Part shown: piece after piece, positions 18,993 to 28,581 of the stretch
Layout: every line of letters starts with the position of its first letter
Position numbering within the stretch: position 1 is the first letter of the stretch
Assembly (NCBI GenBank): GCA_965200965.1
Contig: OZ241744.1
Coordinates: forward strand, 2,336,001 to 2,400,000
From: an uncultured Candidatus Binatia bacterium
GTDB taxonomy: Bacteria; Desulfobacterota; Binatia; Bin18
Direction of reading: 5' to 3'
DNA: 64,000 nt
Position numbers and translations under genes: made by a program
Notes under the pieces: generated by a model
What the model was told of the DNA's origin: nothing
The model's database searches: none
What the model saw: only the letters and a program-made list of their open reading frames with translations

Positions 18993-21983
18993 TCATGACA
19001 GCTCGGCCAAGAGCGCCCGGGCCTGCCCCATATCGACACTCTCTCCGGCTTCATCACGGCTCAGGCTCTCTTCCAACAGTTCACGCGCCTCGGTCCATCG
19101 CCCCTGGGCCTGCCACATCCGGCTCAGGCCCAAGACCGCCCGCAGTTCCCACAGCTTGGCCTGCTGCCGGCGGGCAAGAGCAATCGCCCGGCGAAAATAC
19201 TCCTCAACCTGGGAGTGGGTCAGAACGTGTTGCCCTGTACCCTGTGGCCTGTGACTGTCCTGGGCCAGCAGAATCCCGGCTCTAATCCGGTACAGTTCTG
19301 CCTCACAAAACCGCTCGTGCGTCGTCCCGACCAACTCCACGGCCGCATCAACGGTCTGCAAGCCCTCCGCAAGCCGACCCGTTGTGGCATACGCCTCGGC
19401 CAGGACCGCCAGATAGTAGGGCCGCATGACTGCCGCCCCGGTGGCCTCCCAATCGTCCAGACCCCGGCGGATCTGCTCAATCCTGCCCGCCGCCTGGGGC
19501 TGGCTGTCCGCCACCAGGATCGTCCCCATAGCCAGCCAATAGGCGAAGCCGTGTTCCTGCGACACCGCGAGCGTCTCCTCGGCAAACGCCCGGGTATCGC
19601 GCTCATCCCGGCACATATGGGACACAATGGCCGCACAGCCCAGGGCATAGGCCAGGCTGTGGGGGTGGGCGAGTCGGCGGGCCAGGGACACGGCCTGCCG
19701 CACGCTGCTGCGGGCCTGGCGTGAGAACCCGAGCACACACAGCGAAAAGGCGGTATAGGAGCGGCACACCACGCCCGGGTCCTGGACAAACCCGTCGGCC
19801 CAACGCTTATGGGGGTCGTCCAGTGCCAGCCCTTTCTCAAGGTGGGCGCGTGCCCGGCTGAATTCGCCCCTGTGAAAGTGGGCAATCCCCAGGGCGTTGT
19901 GGGCCGAAAGCAGCAGGGTCGGCTCGTTCTGGCGCTCGGCCAGGGCCAGGAACTGTTCTCCCAACTGGAGGGCGGTGTAGAGTTCAGCCCGAATCAGGGC
20001 CGCCGCGCCCAGCCCGCGCAGAGCCAGAAAGAGCTGGCGGGTCTCGCCAGTCGCTTCACACAGGCTGCGCGCCCGGCTGTAGACTTCCTCCACTTCCGGA
20101 GCGGCGTAGCCTTTGGTCATCGCCAGCGGAACACTGAGGCTCAGCAACAGGACGATTTCCTGTTGCCGGCGGTCCTGACGGTCCGGGGGCGCGTCCGGGG
20201 TGTGTTGCCTGTCCAGCAGGGACAGCCCGCGCAACAGATGGGTGATAGCCTCCTGGTAGGCGCGCCGGTGCAGGGCGTTGTGGGCCGCCTGCTGCCGATA
20301 CGGAACGGCGCGCTCAAAGACCCGGGCCTGCTCAAAGTGCATGGCCAGTTCAGCGGCAATCTCTCCGGCCCGGCCGCCATACGCCTGCTCCTCCCGTTCG
20401 CCAATGGCGCGGTGGAGTTGGAGGCGTCGGCCCGCCGGAATACGTCCATACAAAACGTTCTGGTAGAGCGAGTGGATAAACCGGTAGCGGCCAGCCACTG
20501 TTCCGTCCGGCCATTCGGTCCAGCCGTCGGCGTATAAAAACTTTCCCCCGCGGGCCAGGGTCTGGCAGTGCGCTTCGGCCTGAACGGCCGTCCCGTTGCT
20601 GCCACCCAGGGCCGCGGCTGAAAACTCGACTCCGGCCACACTGGCCGTCTCAAGCAACTGCTGGTGGTGCGGATTCAGGCAGTCAATCTGTTTTTCGATC
20701 ATCTGGCGCAAACTGTCGGGCACCCATTCCCGACCGTCGTCCATACCCGCCAGGTCAAACAGCCGCGCCTCAACCTCCCAGCGACCGCCCGGCACAGTGG
20801 ACGATGAGTCCTCCGCCTTTTCGGCCAGGTAGCCGCGGGCCACCAGATAGTCCAGCAGATTCACCAGAAAGAGCGGATTGCCGTCCGTCTGCCGGTGCAG
20901 CAGTCCGGTCAGCCGGGCGTGGTCCGGGGCAGTCAGCGGGAAGCGACCGGCCAGATATTCCCCGACCGCCGAGGCCGGCAGAAAAGCCAGCGGCAGGTCT
21001 CTACAGTGGCGGCGTATGCGCAACTCCTGGCCGAGGGCGGCGAGTGGATGGTCAGCGTTCGAGATATCGGCCGGTCGGTAGGTCGCCACGACCAACAGGC
21101 GGGCCGCCTCTTGCCGCTGGGCCAGGACTGACAGCAGGGCCAGGGTGGAATGATCGCTCCATTGCAGATCCTCGAGGACCAGCACAAGGCTGACCTGGCC
21201 GGTCAGGGCTTCCAGGGCTTTGACCATCTCGCGCAGCATCCGCTCGCGGGTGACGCCCTGAATTCTGCGCTGGAGCGCTTCGAGTTCCCCCGGCTCAAGC
21301 AGAGACGGGAGCTGGGCCAACCAGCTTGGGGCGTGGTGGGCCAGGACGGCCGGCAGGCGTTTCCCGTCGGCCCGCCGACACAGCCGCTCCAGGGCTTCCA
21401 GGACCGGCATATACGCCTCGCCCGCCCCGTGCTGCTCAATACACTGGCCGCGGCCGACCCACACCGCGGCGTGGTGCCCGACCTGGCGCAAAAAAGCCTC
21501 AACCAGCGTTGTTTTGCCGATGCCGGCTTCGCCGGTCACAAAGACAAGCTGACGGGTCCCGGCCTGGGCGCGACCAAACCAGCCGTGGAGCAGAGCGAGT
21601 TCCTGCTCACGACCGACGAGGGTCGGCATGGAAGAGTGGGGATGGGGGGGTGGGGACTCGCCGGCGGCAGACAGCGGGGCAACAAACCGATAGCCGCGGC
21701 GATGGACGGTCTCAATGAACCGGGGCCGTTTTGCCGTGTCACCCAGGGCACGCCGAATACGTCGGATACAGACCTTGAGCACCCCTTCGCTGACCGTTGT
21801 CCCCGACCACACGGTGTCGAGCAGTTCCTGTTTGGTGACCAGCTGACCGGGCTGGTCCACCAGGCACTGCAATACGGCAAAGTCCTTGGGCTTGAGGGCA
21901 ATGGACCGGGTTCCGCGCCAGAGACATTCATTCCCCGGGTCAAAGCGAAAGGGGGAAAAGCTGATCTGTGCTCCAGATTTCAT
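18993..21983 (-). CDS. Transcriptional regulator: OmpR-type winged helix, AAA/STAND ATPase and TPR region
   Basis: IRRALGD...FIETVHRRGYRF; GEAGIGKTT; LEDLQWSD; C-terminal LWELRA helical repeats. Confidence 0.9.
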   Translation of the reverse strand: MKSGAQISFSPFRFDPGNECLWRGTRSIALKPKDFAVLQCLVDQPGQLVTKQELLDTVWSGTTVSEGVLKVCIRRIRRALGDTAKRPRFIETVHRRGYRFVAPLSAAGESPPPHPHSSMPTLVGREQELALLHGWFGRAQAGTRQLVFVTGEAGIGKTTLVEAFLRQVGHHAAVWVGRGQCIEQHGAGEAYMPVLEALERLCRRADGKRLPAVLAHHAPSWLAQLPSLLEPGELEALQRRIQGVTRERMLREMVKALEALTGQVSLVLVLEDLQWSDHSTLALLSVLAQRQEAARLLVVATYRPADISNADHPLAALGQELRIRRHCRDLPLAFLPASAVGEYLAGRFPLTAPDHARLTGLLHRQTDGNPLFLVNLLDYLVARGYLAEKAEDSSSTVPGGRWEVEARLFDLAGMDDGREWVPDSLRQMIEKQIDCLNPHHQQLLETASVAGVEFSAAALGGSNGTAVQAEAHCQTLARGGKFLYADGWTEWPDGTVAGRYRFIHSLYQNVLYGRIPAGRRLQLHRAIGEREEQAYGGRAGEIAAELAMHFEQARVFERAVPYRQQAAHNALHRRAYQEAITHLLRGLSLLDRQHTPDAPPDRQDRRQQEIVLLLSLSVPLAMTKGYAAPEVEEVYSRARSLCEATGETRQLFLALRGLGAAALIRAELYTALQLGEQFLALAERQNEPTLLLSAHNALGIAHFHRGEFSRARAHLEKGLALDDPHKRWADGFVQDPGVVCRSYTAFSLCVLGFSRQARSSVRQAVSLARRLAHPHSLAYALGCAAIVSHMCRDERDTRAFAEETLAVSQEHGFAYWLAMGTILVADSQPQAAGRIEQIRRGLDDWEATGAAVMRPYYLAVLAEAYATTGRLAEGLQTVDAAVELVGTTHERFCEAELYRIRAGILLAQDSHRPQGTGQHVLTHSQVEEYFRRAIALARRQQAKLWELRAVLGLSRMWQAQGRWTEARELLEESLSRDEAGESVDMGQARALLAELS

Positions 21984-22015
21984 ATCTTCCTCATATCATC
22001 CCCAGGCGTGGCCAC

Positions 22016-22056
22016 AAGATCACGACAATATCACCGGAATATCACTTTTGTATCAT
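22016..22056. promoter_or_regulatory. Four direct repeats at 11-bp spacing, putative winged-helix operator
   Basis: ATCA cores at 22019, 22030, 22041 and 22052 (AAGATCAC, AATATCAC, AATATCAC, TGTATCAT). Confidence 0.6.
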
Positions 22057-22129
22057 GACTCCCCGAGCCCGGTCAGGTTAGGTTTTTCACAGTATGGGAC
22101 ACAGCCCGTACAAGGAAGGAGAGGAAGGG

Positions 22130-22369
22130 ATGCAGGATACAACATATGTGATTACCGAGATTGTTGGCGTCTCGGACAATTCAATCTCTCAGGCGGTGTC
22201 CAACGCGATTGATCGCGCCAATCAGACCCTCACAGCTCTGGACTGGTTTGAGGTCAAAGAAGTCCGCGGAACGGTTGTTGACGGCAAGGTGGGGCAGTAT
22301 CAGGCCACGCTTGATGTGGGATTCCGTTACCTCAGTGATGAAGAGATGCGCAGCTGGGCCACCGGCTAG
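22130..22369 (+). CDS. Dodecin family protein
   Basis: YVITEIVGVSDNSISQAVSNAIDRANQTL..LDWFEVKEVRG...YQATLDVGF. Confidence 0.88.
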   Translation: MQDTTYVITEIVGVSDNSISQAVSNAIDRANQTLTALDWFEVKEVRGTVVDGKVGQYQATLDVGFRYLSDEEMRSWATG

Positions 22370-22413
22370 GTGTGGCACCATCCACACCCACCGACACCCG
22401 GAAAGGAGCACCC

Positions 22414-22623
22414 ATGCAGGAAAAAACGTATAAACTGATCGAACTCGTCGGTGTCTCAGAGACATCTCTTGAAGACGGGATCCAGAACGCCATCAGCCGC
22501 GCCAGCCAGACGCTGAACAACCTGGACTGGTTCGAGGTCGTCGAAAGCCGCGGCCTGATTCAGGAAGGCCGGGTCAAGCAGTTTCAGGTCAAAATCAAAG
22601 TCGGCTTCCGTTTGAATATGTAG
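22414..22623 (+). CDS. Dodecin family protein
   Basis: TYKLIELVGVSETSLEDGIQNAISRASQTLNNLDWFEV...FQVKIKVGFRL; AAAGGAG RBS. Confidence 0.92.
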   Translation: MQEKTYKLIELVGVSETSLEDGIQNAISRASQTLNNLDWFEVVESRGLIQEGRVKQFQVKIKVGFRLNM

Positions 22624-22703
22624 TCTCCTTGTTCCGGTCCCCCGGGCTGGAGGAGTCACCTGCTCCAGCCGCTCTGCTCCAAGCCGCTGGAAAGGAGAAA
22701 CCT

Positions 22704-23069
22704 ATGCAATTTACCCTGCACCTGGACCCAAAAGACCTGCACCTGGACCGCGCCACGGTCCAGCACATCCACGACAAAGCCGCCAGACTGGCCGCCCTCT
22801 ATCCCCGCATCCTGAAGTGTCGGGTTGTGCTGGAAGGGCCGGTTCACCACCACCGCAAAGGCGGTCCGTACACAGCCCGGATTGATCTGACCGTTCCCGG
22901 AGCGGAACTGGTGGTCAACCATCACGAAACGACCGACCTGCGGCGGGCGGTTCGTGAGGCGTTTGAGGCCGCCCGCCGACGCCTGGAAGAGTATGCTCAG
23001 CACCGACGCGGGGAGGTCAAGAAACACCCCGCCCACCGCTCCGAGGAAACGGTCTCCTCCGGGCTCTAG
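22704..23069 (+). CDS. HPF/RaiA family ribosome-associated protein
   Basis: CRVVLEGPVHHHRKGGPYTARIDLTVPGAELVV...AVREAFEAARRRLEEY. Confidence 0.85.
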   Translation: MQFTLHLDPKDLHLDRATVQHIHDKAARLAALYPRILKCRVVLEGPVHHHRKGGPYTARIDLTVPGAELVVNHHETTDLRRAVREAFEAARRRLEEYAQHRRGEVKKHPAHRSEETVSSGL

Positions 23070-23109
23070 GAGACGCTCCGCCCAGCCGTCAGCCGGGCGG
23101 CTTCCCGAT

Positions 23110-24702
23110 TCAGGGATCGTCCGTGCTCAGGCGGACGATCCGTTTGCGGACTTCGGCGGCGAAGGGCGCAGCCGGGTCCAGAATGACCGCCTGTTTATAG
23201 GCCTCGAGCGCTTCGTTGTTTTGCTCAATCTGTTCAAGGGCTTCGCCGAGATTGGCATACGCGTAGGCATAGTCCGGCTGGAGCTCGGTCGTCTGTCGCC
23301 ACTCTCTGGCTGCGCCCTGCCAGTCGCCCGTTGAGGCGAGCAGATGACCGAGCCGATTATGGACATGGGCCGAAGTCGGCACCAGCTTGCGGGCCTTGTT
23401 GTACGCATCCAGAGCCCCTTTGCGATCACCTTTGGACTCCAGGGCCTGGGCCAGATGCACATAGGCGGTGGCGTTCCCGGGGTCGAGACCTACCGAGGTC
23501 TGGAGGGTGCTGATCGCTTCCCCGGTCTTGCCCTGGTCCTGGAGGGCAAGGCCGAGCAGGTGGTGCGCCTTGGCATTATTCGGCGCGAGACGGGCTGTCT
23601 CGCGCCATTCAACAACCGCTTCATCGACTTTTCCCTGATCGTACAGAATCTGTCCTTTTCCCAGATGACGCCGGGCCGAACTGGACAGGCTGGACCCGGA
23701 CGGCGCTTTTCTGGCCGGCTGGCTCAGCGCATCGTTCGGAGAGAGGGCGGCAAGTTGCCGGGACGGGGCGGGTGCGCCGGGGGGTTGAGACGGGGAGCGG
23801 CCTGGCGCAGGGGCGACGGACGGCTGACGACTGGCCGCCGCGCTGCCGGATGGGACGGTCACGGGGTTCAGCAGGGAGTATGCCTGCCGCGGTGCCTGAG
23901 GGGCGGGAGACGGACGCAGGAGTGAAGCCCCGGGGACAAGGCGGGGAACCGGCGCGTCCCCAGCGGACCGGGACGCCCTGACCTGTACAGGCTGCCGCGC
24001 TTCGGGCAGGACCAAACGGGGGGCCGGGGCGGGCGGAGGCGGCTCGGGCGTCTGCGCGTCTGTGTCCGAAGACCCAGCGTTGATCTTGGCTGCGATGGTG
24101 GCCGGGGCGGGCGGAGGCGGCTCGGGTGTCTGCGCGGCCTGAACGGCCGGCGGAGGGGTGGGCGGAGCGGCCGGCGGCCCGGTCTGGCTCAGCCCGGTGC
24201 CGGCCGGCGTTTTGCGCGTCGTGCCGCGGCGGGCAAAGAGAACCTGTGCCGGGGCGGCGGTCGCCTCTTGGCCCGGGACCTGGAGGCTGGCGATCACCCG
24301 CTCCTGTGTCTGTTCAACAGAAAAGGGGGGAATGAAGCTCTTCCTGAGGTCAAGCACGAAGCGGATGTATTCCTGATGAAAACCCACCCGCACGCGCTGA
24401 ATAAGGCTGTCCCGGGCGGCATACCTGGCCGACGCCACGGGCCGGATCGGACCCTGGACATCAATCACGACCCGAGGCGGGGAGCCAAGGGCGAAAGCCT
24501 TGAGTGCGGCCGGAGGCTGGGAGAACTGCAAGGAGACGAGTTTGCGGTGGCCGGTATCAGACAACTCGACCTGCTCCAGGCGGAGCGACCCGGCCTGAGA
24601 AAAAACGGGACCCGGCCAACTGCCGATCCACGCCACAAGCAGGACGACCCAGCGGTGCGGCCGTCGCCTGTGCGAATGTCGTCCTCTTCGTTTTTGCGTC
24701 AT
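23110..24702 (-). CDS. Exported AMIN-domain protein with Pro-rich linker and TPR repeats
   Basis: FALGSPPRVVIDV...RVRVGFHQEYIRFVLDL; duplicated AQTPEPPPPAPA; TPR repeats. Confidence 0.82.
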   Translation of the reverse strand: MTQKRRGRHSHRRRPHRWVVLLVAWIGSWPGPVFSQAGSLRLEQVELSDTGHRKLVSLQFSQPPAALKAFALGSPPRVVIDVQGPIRPVASARYAARDSLIQRVRVGFHQEYIRFVLDLRKSFIPPFSVEQTQERVIASLQVPGQEATAAPAQVLFARRGTTRKTPAGTGLSQTGPPAAPPTPPPAVQAAQTPEPPPPAPATIAAKINAGSSDTDAQTPEPPPPAPAPRLVLPEARQPVQVRASRSAGDAPVPRLVPGASLLRPSPAPQAPRQAYSLLNPVTVPSGSAAASRQPSVAPAPGRSPSQPPGAPAPSRQLAALSPNDALSQPARKAPSGSSLSSSARRHLGKGQILYDQGKVDEAVVEWRETARLAPNNAKAHHLLGLALQDQGKTGEAISTLQTSVGLDPGNATAYVHLAQALESKGDRKGALDAYNKARKLVPTSAHVHNRLGHLLASTGDWQGAAREWRQTTELQPDYAYAYANLGEALEQIEQNNEALEAYKQAVILDPAAPFAAEVRKRIVRLSTDDP

Positions 24703-24837
24703 CCCTGTTCCTGCCCGGCGAGCAGAAGCCCGGCCTCCCGCTTCTTCCCTACCTGTCTACCCCTGGAGGGAATGCCAGGTCAAGCCACGCCCGCCGGACA
24801 TCTGGACTCCCGGCTGCGGACGATGCATGATAGCGGG

Positions 24838-26754
24838 ATGGTGAAGGCGGTGTTGATATGTCAATCCGGTCTGCTGCGCCGTCCCGGGGGCGGGCTGATC
24901 TGGAGGCTGCTGCTTGTTGCCCTCATCATGGGGAAGACAGGGGGAGCACAGGCGGCTGAACAGCGGGCCGGCCCGCCCGAGTGGGCCGGAGACCTGAGAC
25001 CAATCACCGCGGCAGACTGGAGCCACGACCGGGCGGCCCACCTGCTGGAGCGGGCCGGCTTTGGCGGAACGCCCCGGGAGATTGACCGCCTGGCCGCACT
25101 GACCCCCATCGACGCAGTCGAATGGCTGGTCAACTACCAGGCCGTTGCCAACGATCACCTGCCGCCCTTTGACGAATCCAACATCTTTGACCCTCCAGTT
25201 GAGCCGTTTCCCAAGAGCCGGATTGACGCTGTGCGGATGGCCCGGGCCAGGGGCGAGGCCATGGGCGTCACCATCAAGCCGGGCGGCGACCGGCCCCTCC
25301 AGCCGGTGGTCAACCGGTTTTTTTACTGGCTGCGGGCCGACTACCTGGAAGTCCGCCGGGCGGCCCAGTGGTGGGCCAACCGGATGCTGACCACCAGGCG
25401 GCCGCTGGAGGAAAAGCTGGCCCTGTTCTGGCACGGGCACTTTGCCACCTCCGACGCCAAGCTGCGCGACTACCGCAAATCGCTCAAACAACTCGCCCTG
25501 TTCCACGAACACGGCAACGGCAACTTCCGGGATCTGCTCATCGGCGTGGCCCGGGACCCGGCCATGCTGGTCTATCTGGACGCCGGCGAAAATATCAAGG
25601 GCAGCCCCAACGAAAACTTTGGCCGTGAAATTCTGGAGCTCTTCACCCTGGGCGTCGGGAATTATACCGAAACCGATATCCGGGAGGCGGCCCGTGCCTT
25701 TACCGGCTGGACAAATGACGGCCTGCGCTTTGTGGTCAAGCCCGAGCTGCACGACGACGGCCCCAAGACCTTTCTGGGCCGCCGCGGCAATTTTGACGGG
25801 CTGGGGATTATCGACATTATTCTGGAGCAGGATGCCGCGGCCCGCTTCATCGCCGCCAAGCTGTACCGCTCTTTTGTCCACACCGACCCCCCGGCCGGGT
25901 TGATCGCCGAACTCGGCCGGCGCTTCAAGGCCGACGGCTACCACATTGGCCGGCTGCTGCGGACCATCTTTGTGTCGCGCGACTTCTACAGCCCGCCGGC
26001 CTACGCCACCCAGATCAAAAGCCCGGTCCATCTGGTGGTCTCGAGCTGTCGCAAGCTGGGGCTGAGCGAAATTCCCGGCATCCCTGATTTCAACACGACC
26101 ACCCGCACCCTGGGCCAGGAACTCTTCCACCCGCCCAATGTCGCCGGCTGGGAAGGCGGACGGAGTTGGGTCACGCCGGCCCTGCTGCTGGAGCGGGGCA
26201 ACTTTGCCCGACAGGTGCTCTTTCCGGATATTGCCAATTTTCAGCCGCCCGACCAGCGTATGCCAGAGTTGAACCGCAGGGTCGCGGTCAAGATCGCCCA
26301 GGGCCATGAGATCACCGAGGCAACCAGAGAGCGCGGCGCGGGGATGGGGTCAATGGACGCCGGGATGGGCGGCATGTCCGACACCGCGCCGGCGGTCTCC
26401 ATGTTCAACCGGATGGCCGGGGCGGACGAGGATTTCAATACGCGCTACGGCAGCACCCACGGCTGGATGGAAGCCTTCCGACGGGTCAAGCCCATTCCCC
26501 GCCGGGCGGCGCAACTCAGCCTGACAGACATGGTGACTGAGGCCGGCTTGCAGACCAGCGCCGAAGTGGTGGATTATTTTGCCGCTCGCCTGCTGAGGCT
26601 GCCGCTCGACGCGGATGAGCGGCAGGCTTTGATCGACTTTCTGAGCCGGGAGTTGGGCACGGACGACATCGCACCGGCCCTGAGCTATCTGGAAGAGCCG
26701 GTCCGGCTGGTGGTGCATCTGATTATGAGCACGCCGGCCTATCAACTCGGATAG
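24838..26754 (+). CDS. DUF1800 family protein (start uncertain)
   Basis: AAHLLERAGFG, EKLALFWHGHFATS, DPAMLVYLD, PNENFGREILELFTLG, PPNVAGW. Confidence 0.9.
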   Translation: MVKAVLICQSGLLRRPGGGLIWRLLLVALIMGKTGGAQAAEQRAGPPEWAGDLRPITAADWSHDRAAHLLERAGFGGTPREIDRLAALTPIDAVEWLVNYQAVANDHLPPFDESNIFDPPVEPFPKSRIDAVRMARARGEAMGVTIKPGGDRPLQPVVNRFFYWLRADYLEVRRAAQWWANRMLTTRRPLEEKLALFWHGHFATSDAKLRDYRKSLKQLALFHEHGNGNFRDLLIGVARDPAMLVYLDAGENIKGSPNENFGREILELFTLGVGNYTETDIREAARAFTGWTNDGLRFVVKPELHDDGPKTFLGRRGNFDGLGIIDIILEQDAAARFIAAKLYRSFVHTDPPAGLIAELGRRFKADGYHIGRLLRTIFVSRDFYSPPAYATQIKSPVHLVVSSCRKLGLSEIPGIPDFNTTTRTLGQELFHPPNVAGWEGGRSWVTPALLLERGNFARQVLFPDIANFQPPDQRMPELNRRVAVKIAQGHEITEATRERGAGMGSMDAGMGGMSDTAPAVSMFNRMAGADEDFNTRYGSTHGWMEAFRRVKPIPRRAAQLSLTDMVTEAGLQTSAEVVDYFAARLLRLPLDADERQALIDFLSRELGTDDIAPALSYLEEPVRLVVHLIMSTPAYQLG

Positions 26755-26766
26755 GGAGAACCCCCC

Positions 26767-28038
26767 ATGTCTGCCGCGTTCCATCGTGTCTGTACCCGTC
26801 GTGAGGCGCTGCGGGCCGGCGTGTACGGTCTGGGCCTTGGTCTGGGAGCACTTGGCCGCCCACTGACGGCCCGGGCCGATTCCTTCCGCCGGCCACACCC
26901 CGAGCGCATTGTGGTCGTGGTTGAACTGTCGGGCGGCAATGACGGCTTGAATACCGTTGTCCCGTATGCGGACGACAGATATTACCAACTCCGCCCCACG
27001 CTCGGCATTCCGGCCAGGAGCCTGCGCAAAATTGACGATCATTTCGGTTTTCATCCTGCCCTGTCCGGCTTTGAGCGACTCTACGGCGACGGCAAGCTCG
27101 CCATTGTCCACGGCTGCGGCTATGACAGGCCAATCCTGTCCCACTTCTCGTCCATGAGCTTCTGGCACACCGGCATTCCCCATGCGGGCGAAAAACTCGG
27201 CTGGCTCGGCCGTTTGGCCGACGCCCGAGACCCGCAGGGCAGGCGCAACTACCTGGTCAATATCGCCACCACCCAATCGCCAGCAGTGCGCAGCCGGCAT
27301 CACTCGCCGCTGGTCTTTTCCGACCCGGAGCACTTTTCGCGCAACGGTCTGTATCAACAGCAGGCCGTCTTTCAGCGTTTGAGCCAGAGCCGGCCGACCC
27401 CCAACGCCTCGCTCGCCTTTCTGCACGGCCTGCTTGAAAACGCCACCCACAGCGCCGCCTTTGTCCGTCGGGCCTGGGCCGACTACCACACCCCGGTCGA
27501 TTATGGTGCACGCTCGGCCGGCCTGGGACTGGACCTGCGCAAAGTCGCCGCTCTGATCAGCGCCGACATGCCGGCCCGCCTGTACTATGTCAGCTATGCC
27601 GGCAATGTGTTTGACACCCATGTCCACCAGCTCGACCTGCACGCCCGGATTCTGACCTATGCCTCGGACGCGCTGCGGGCCTTTATTGAAGACCTCGGCC
27701 GGCTTGGCCGGGGCCGGGATGTCGCCGTCATGGTCTTCACCGAGTTTGGCCGCCGCGTACCGGAGAACGCCAGCAAAGGCACCGACCACGGCACGGCTAC
27801 CCCGGTCTTTGTGCTGGGCGACCGGGTCAAAGGCGGCCTGTACGGCCGCCCGCCGAGCCTGACCGGGCTCGACGACGGCAACCTGCGCTACACCACCGAC
27901 TTCCGGCGGGTGTACGCCAGCCTGATCGCCGGCTGGCTGGGCTATCCCGACCCGGCCCTGCTGCTGCGGGGCGAGTTTGAGCCCTTTGACATGTTTGATG
28001 GGGTCAATCTGGCAAAAAACGCTACATCTTCCAAGTAA
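26767..28038 (+). CDS. DUF1501 family protein with Tat-like signal
   Basis: TRREALRAG, GGNDGLN, FDTH, TEFGRR..ENAS.GTDHG, TTDFRRVY. Confidence 0.92.
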   Translation: MSAAFHRVCTRREALRAGVYGLGLGLGALGRPLTARADSFRRPHPERIVVVVELSGGNDGLNTVVPYADDRYYQLRPTLGIPARSLRKIDDHFGFHPALSGFERLYGDGKLAIVHGCGYDRPILSHFSSMSFWHTGIPHAGEKLGWLGRLADARDPQGRRNYLVNIATTQSPAVRSRHHSPLVFSDPEHFSRNGLYQQQAVFQRLSQSRPTPNASLAFLHGLLENATHSAAFVRRAWADYHTPVDYGARSAGLGLDLRKVAALISADMPARLYYVSYAGNVFDTHVHQLDLHARILTYASDALRAFIEDLGRLGRGRDVAVMVFTEFGRRVPENASKGTDHGTATPVFVLGDRVKGGLYGRPPSLTGLDDGNLRYTTDFRRVYASLIAGWLGYPDPALLLRGEFEPFDMFDGVNLAKNATSSK

Positions 28039-28146
28039 GGGGGCTGGAAGGCGATATCTCGTCCTGGCCTATACCCCAGGACCCTAGCCCATCGTTTCTT
28101 ACCCGGCTTAGGGATAGGTCTAGGGCAAACAAGCAAGGAGGCTCAC

Positions 28147-28284
28147 ATGCCTATCAAGAAAAAGAAGACCCTCAACTTTGACGTGTCGGCCGACATAATC
28201 AACACCATCAAGCACATGGCAGTAGACCGGGAAACCAACACCGCAACGTTGTATCGGCAAGCATTGCAAGCTTATCAACCGTAA
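28147..28284 (+). CDS. 45-aa ribbon-helix-helix-like protein (absent from the ORF track)
   Basis: AAGGAG RBS; MPIKKKKTLNFDVSADIINTIKHMAVDRETNTATLYRQALQAYQP. Confidence 0.6.
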   Translation: MPIKKKKTLNFDVSADIINTIKHMAVDRETNTATLYRQALQAYQP

Positions 28285-28308
28285 ACTGGCCGGGTGGCCG
28301 AAGAATGT

Positions 28309-28482
28309 TCAGCTCGGGGTGTGGGTGTGAGACGCGCCTTGTTCGTCACTATCCCGGTTGAGGGCAATGAGATTGTCGGTCAGGAGTTTGTTGAGCGCAT
28401 CAATGCGGCTGCTGAGCTGCCACCACATCATGCCCAAGGCAACCAAGACCACAACGAAGGGAGCAAGTTCTGTCCAGTCCAT
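28309..28482 (-). CDS. Small membrane-anchored coiled-coil protein
   Basis: MDWTELAPFVVVLVALGMMWWQLSSRIDALNKLLTDNLIALNRD. Confidence 0.55.
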   Translation of the reverse strand: MDWTELAPFVVVLVALGMMWWQLSSRIDALNKLLTDNLIALNRDSDEQGASHTHTPS

Positions 28483-28581
28483 GTTTCTGCCATAGCAGGT
28501 TCCTGCCTGGTATGCCACATCGTCAGCATAGTACGTCCCGCCAGGGTGGACAGGAGTAGCCCCATTCAGTACCCGCCTTTC

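Noticed and set aside
17085-19160. 192-bp duplicate considered as a DGR template/variable repeat pair
   Set aside because: Only 4 mismatches, not adenine-specific, and no reverse transcriptase in the window.
24757-27789. Minus-strand ORFs 24757-26307 and 26350-27789
   Set aside because: Antisense to DUF1800 and DUF1501.
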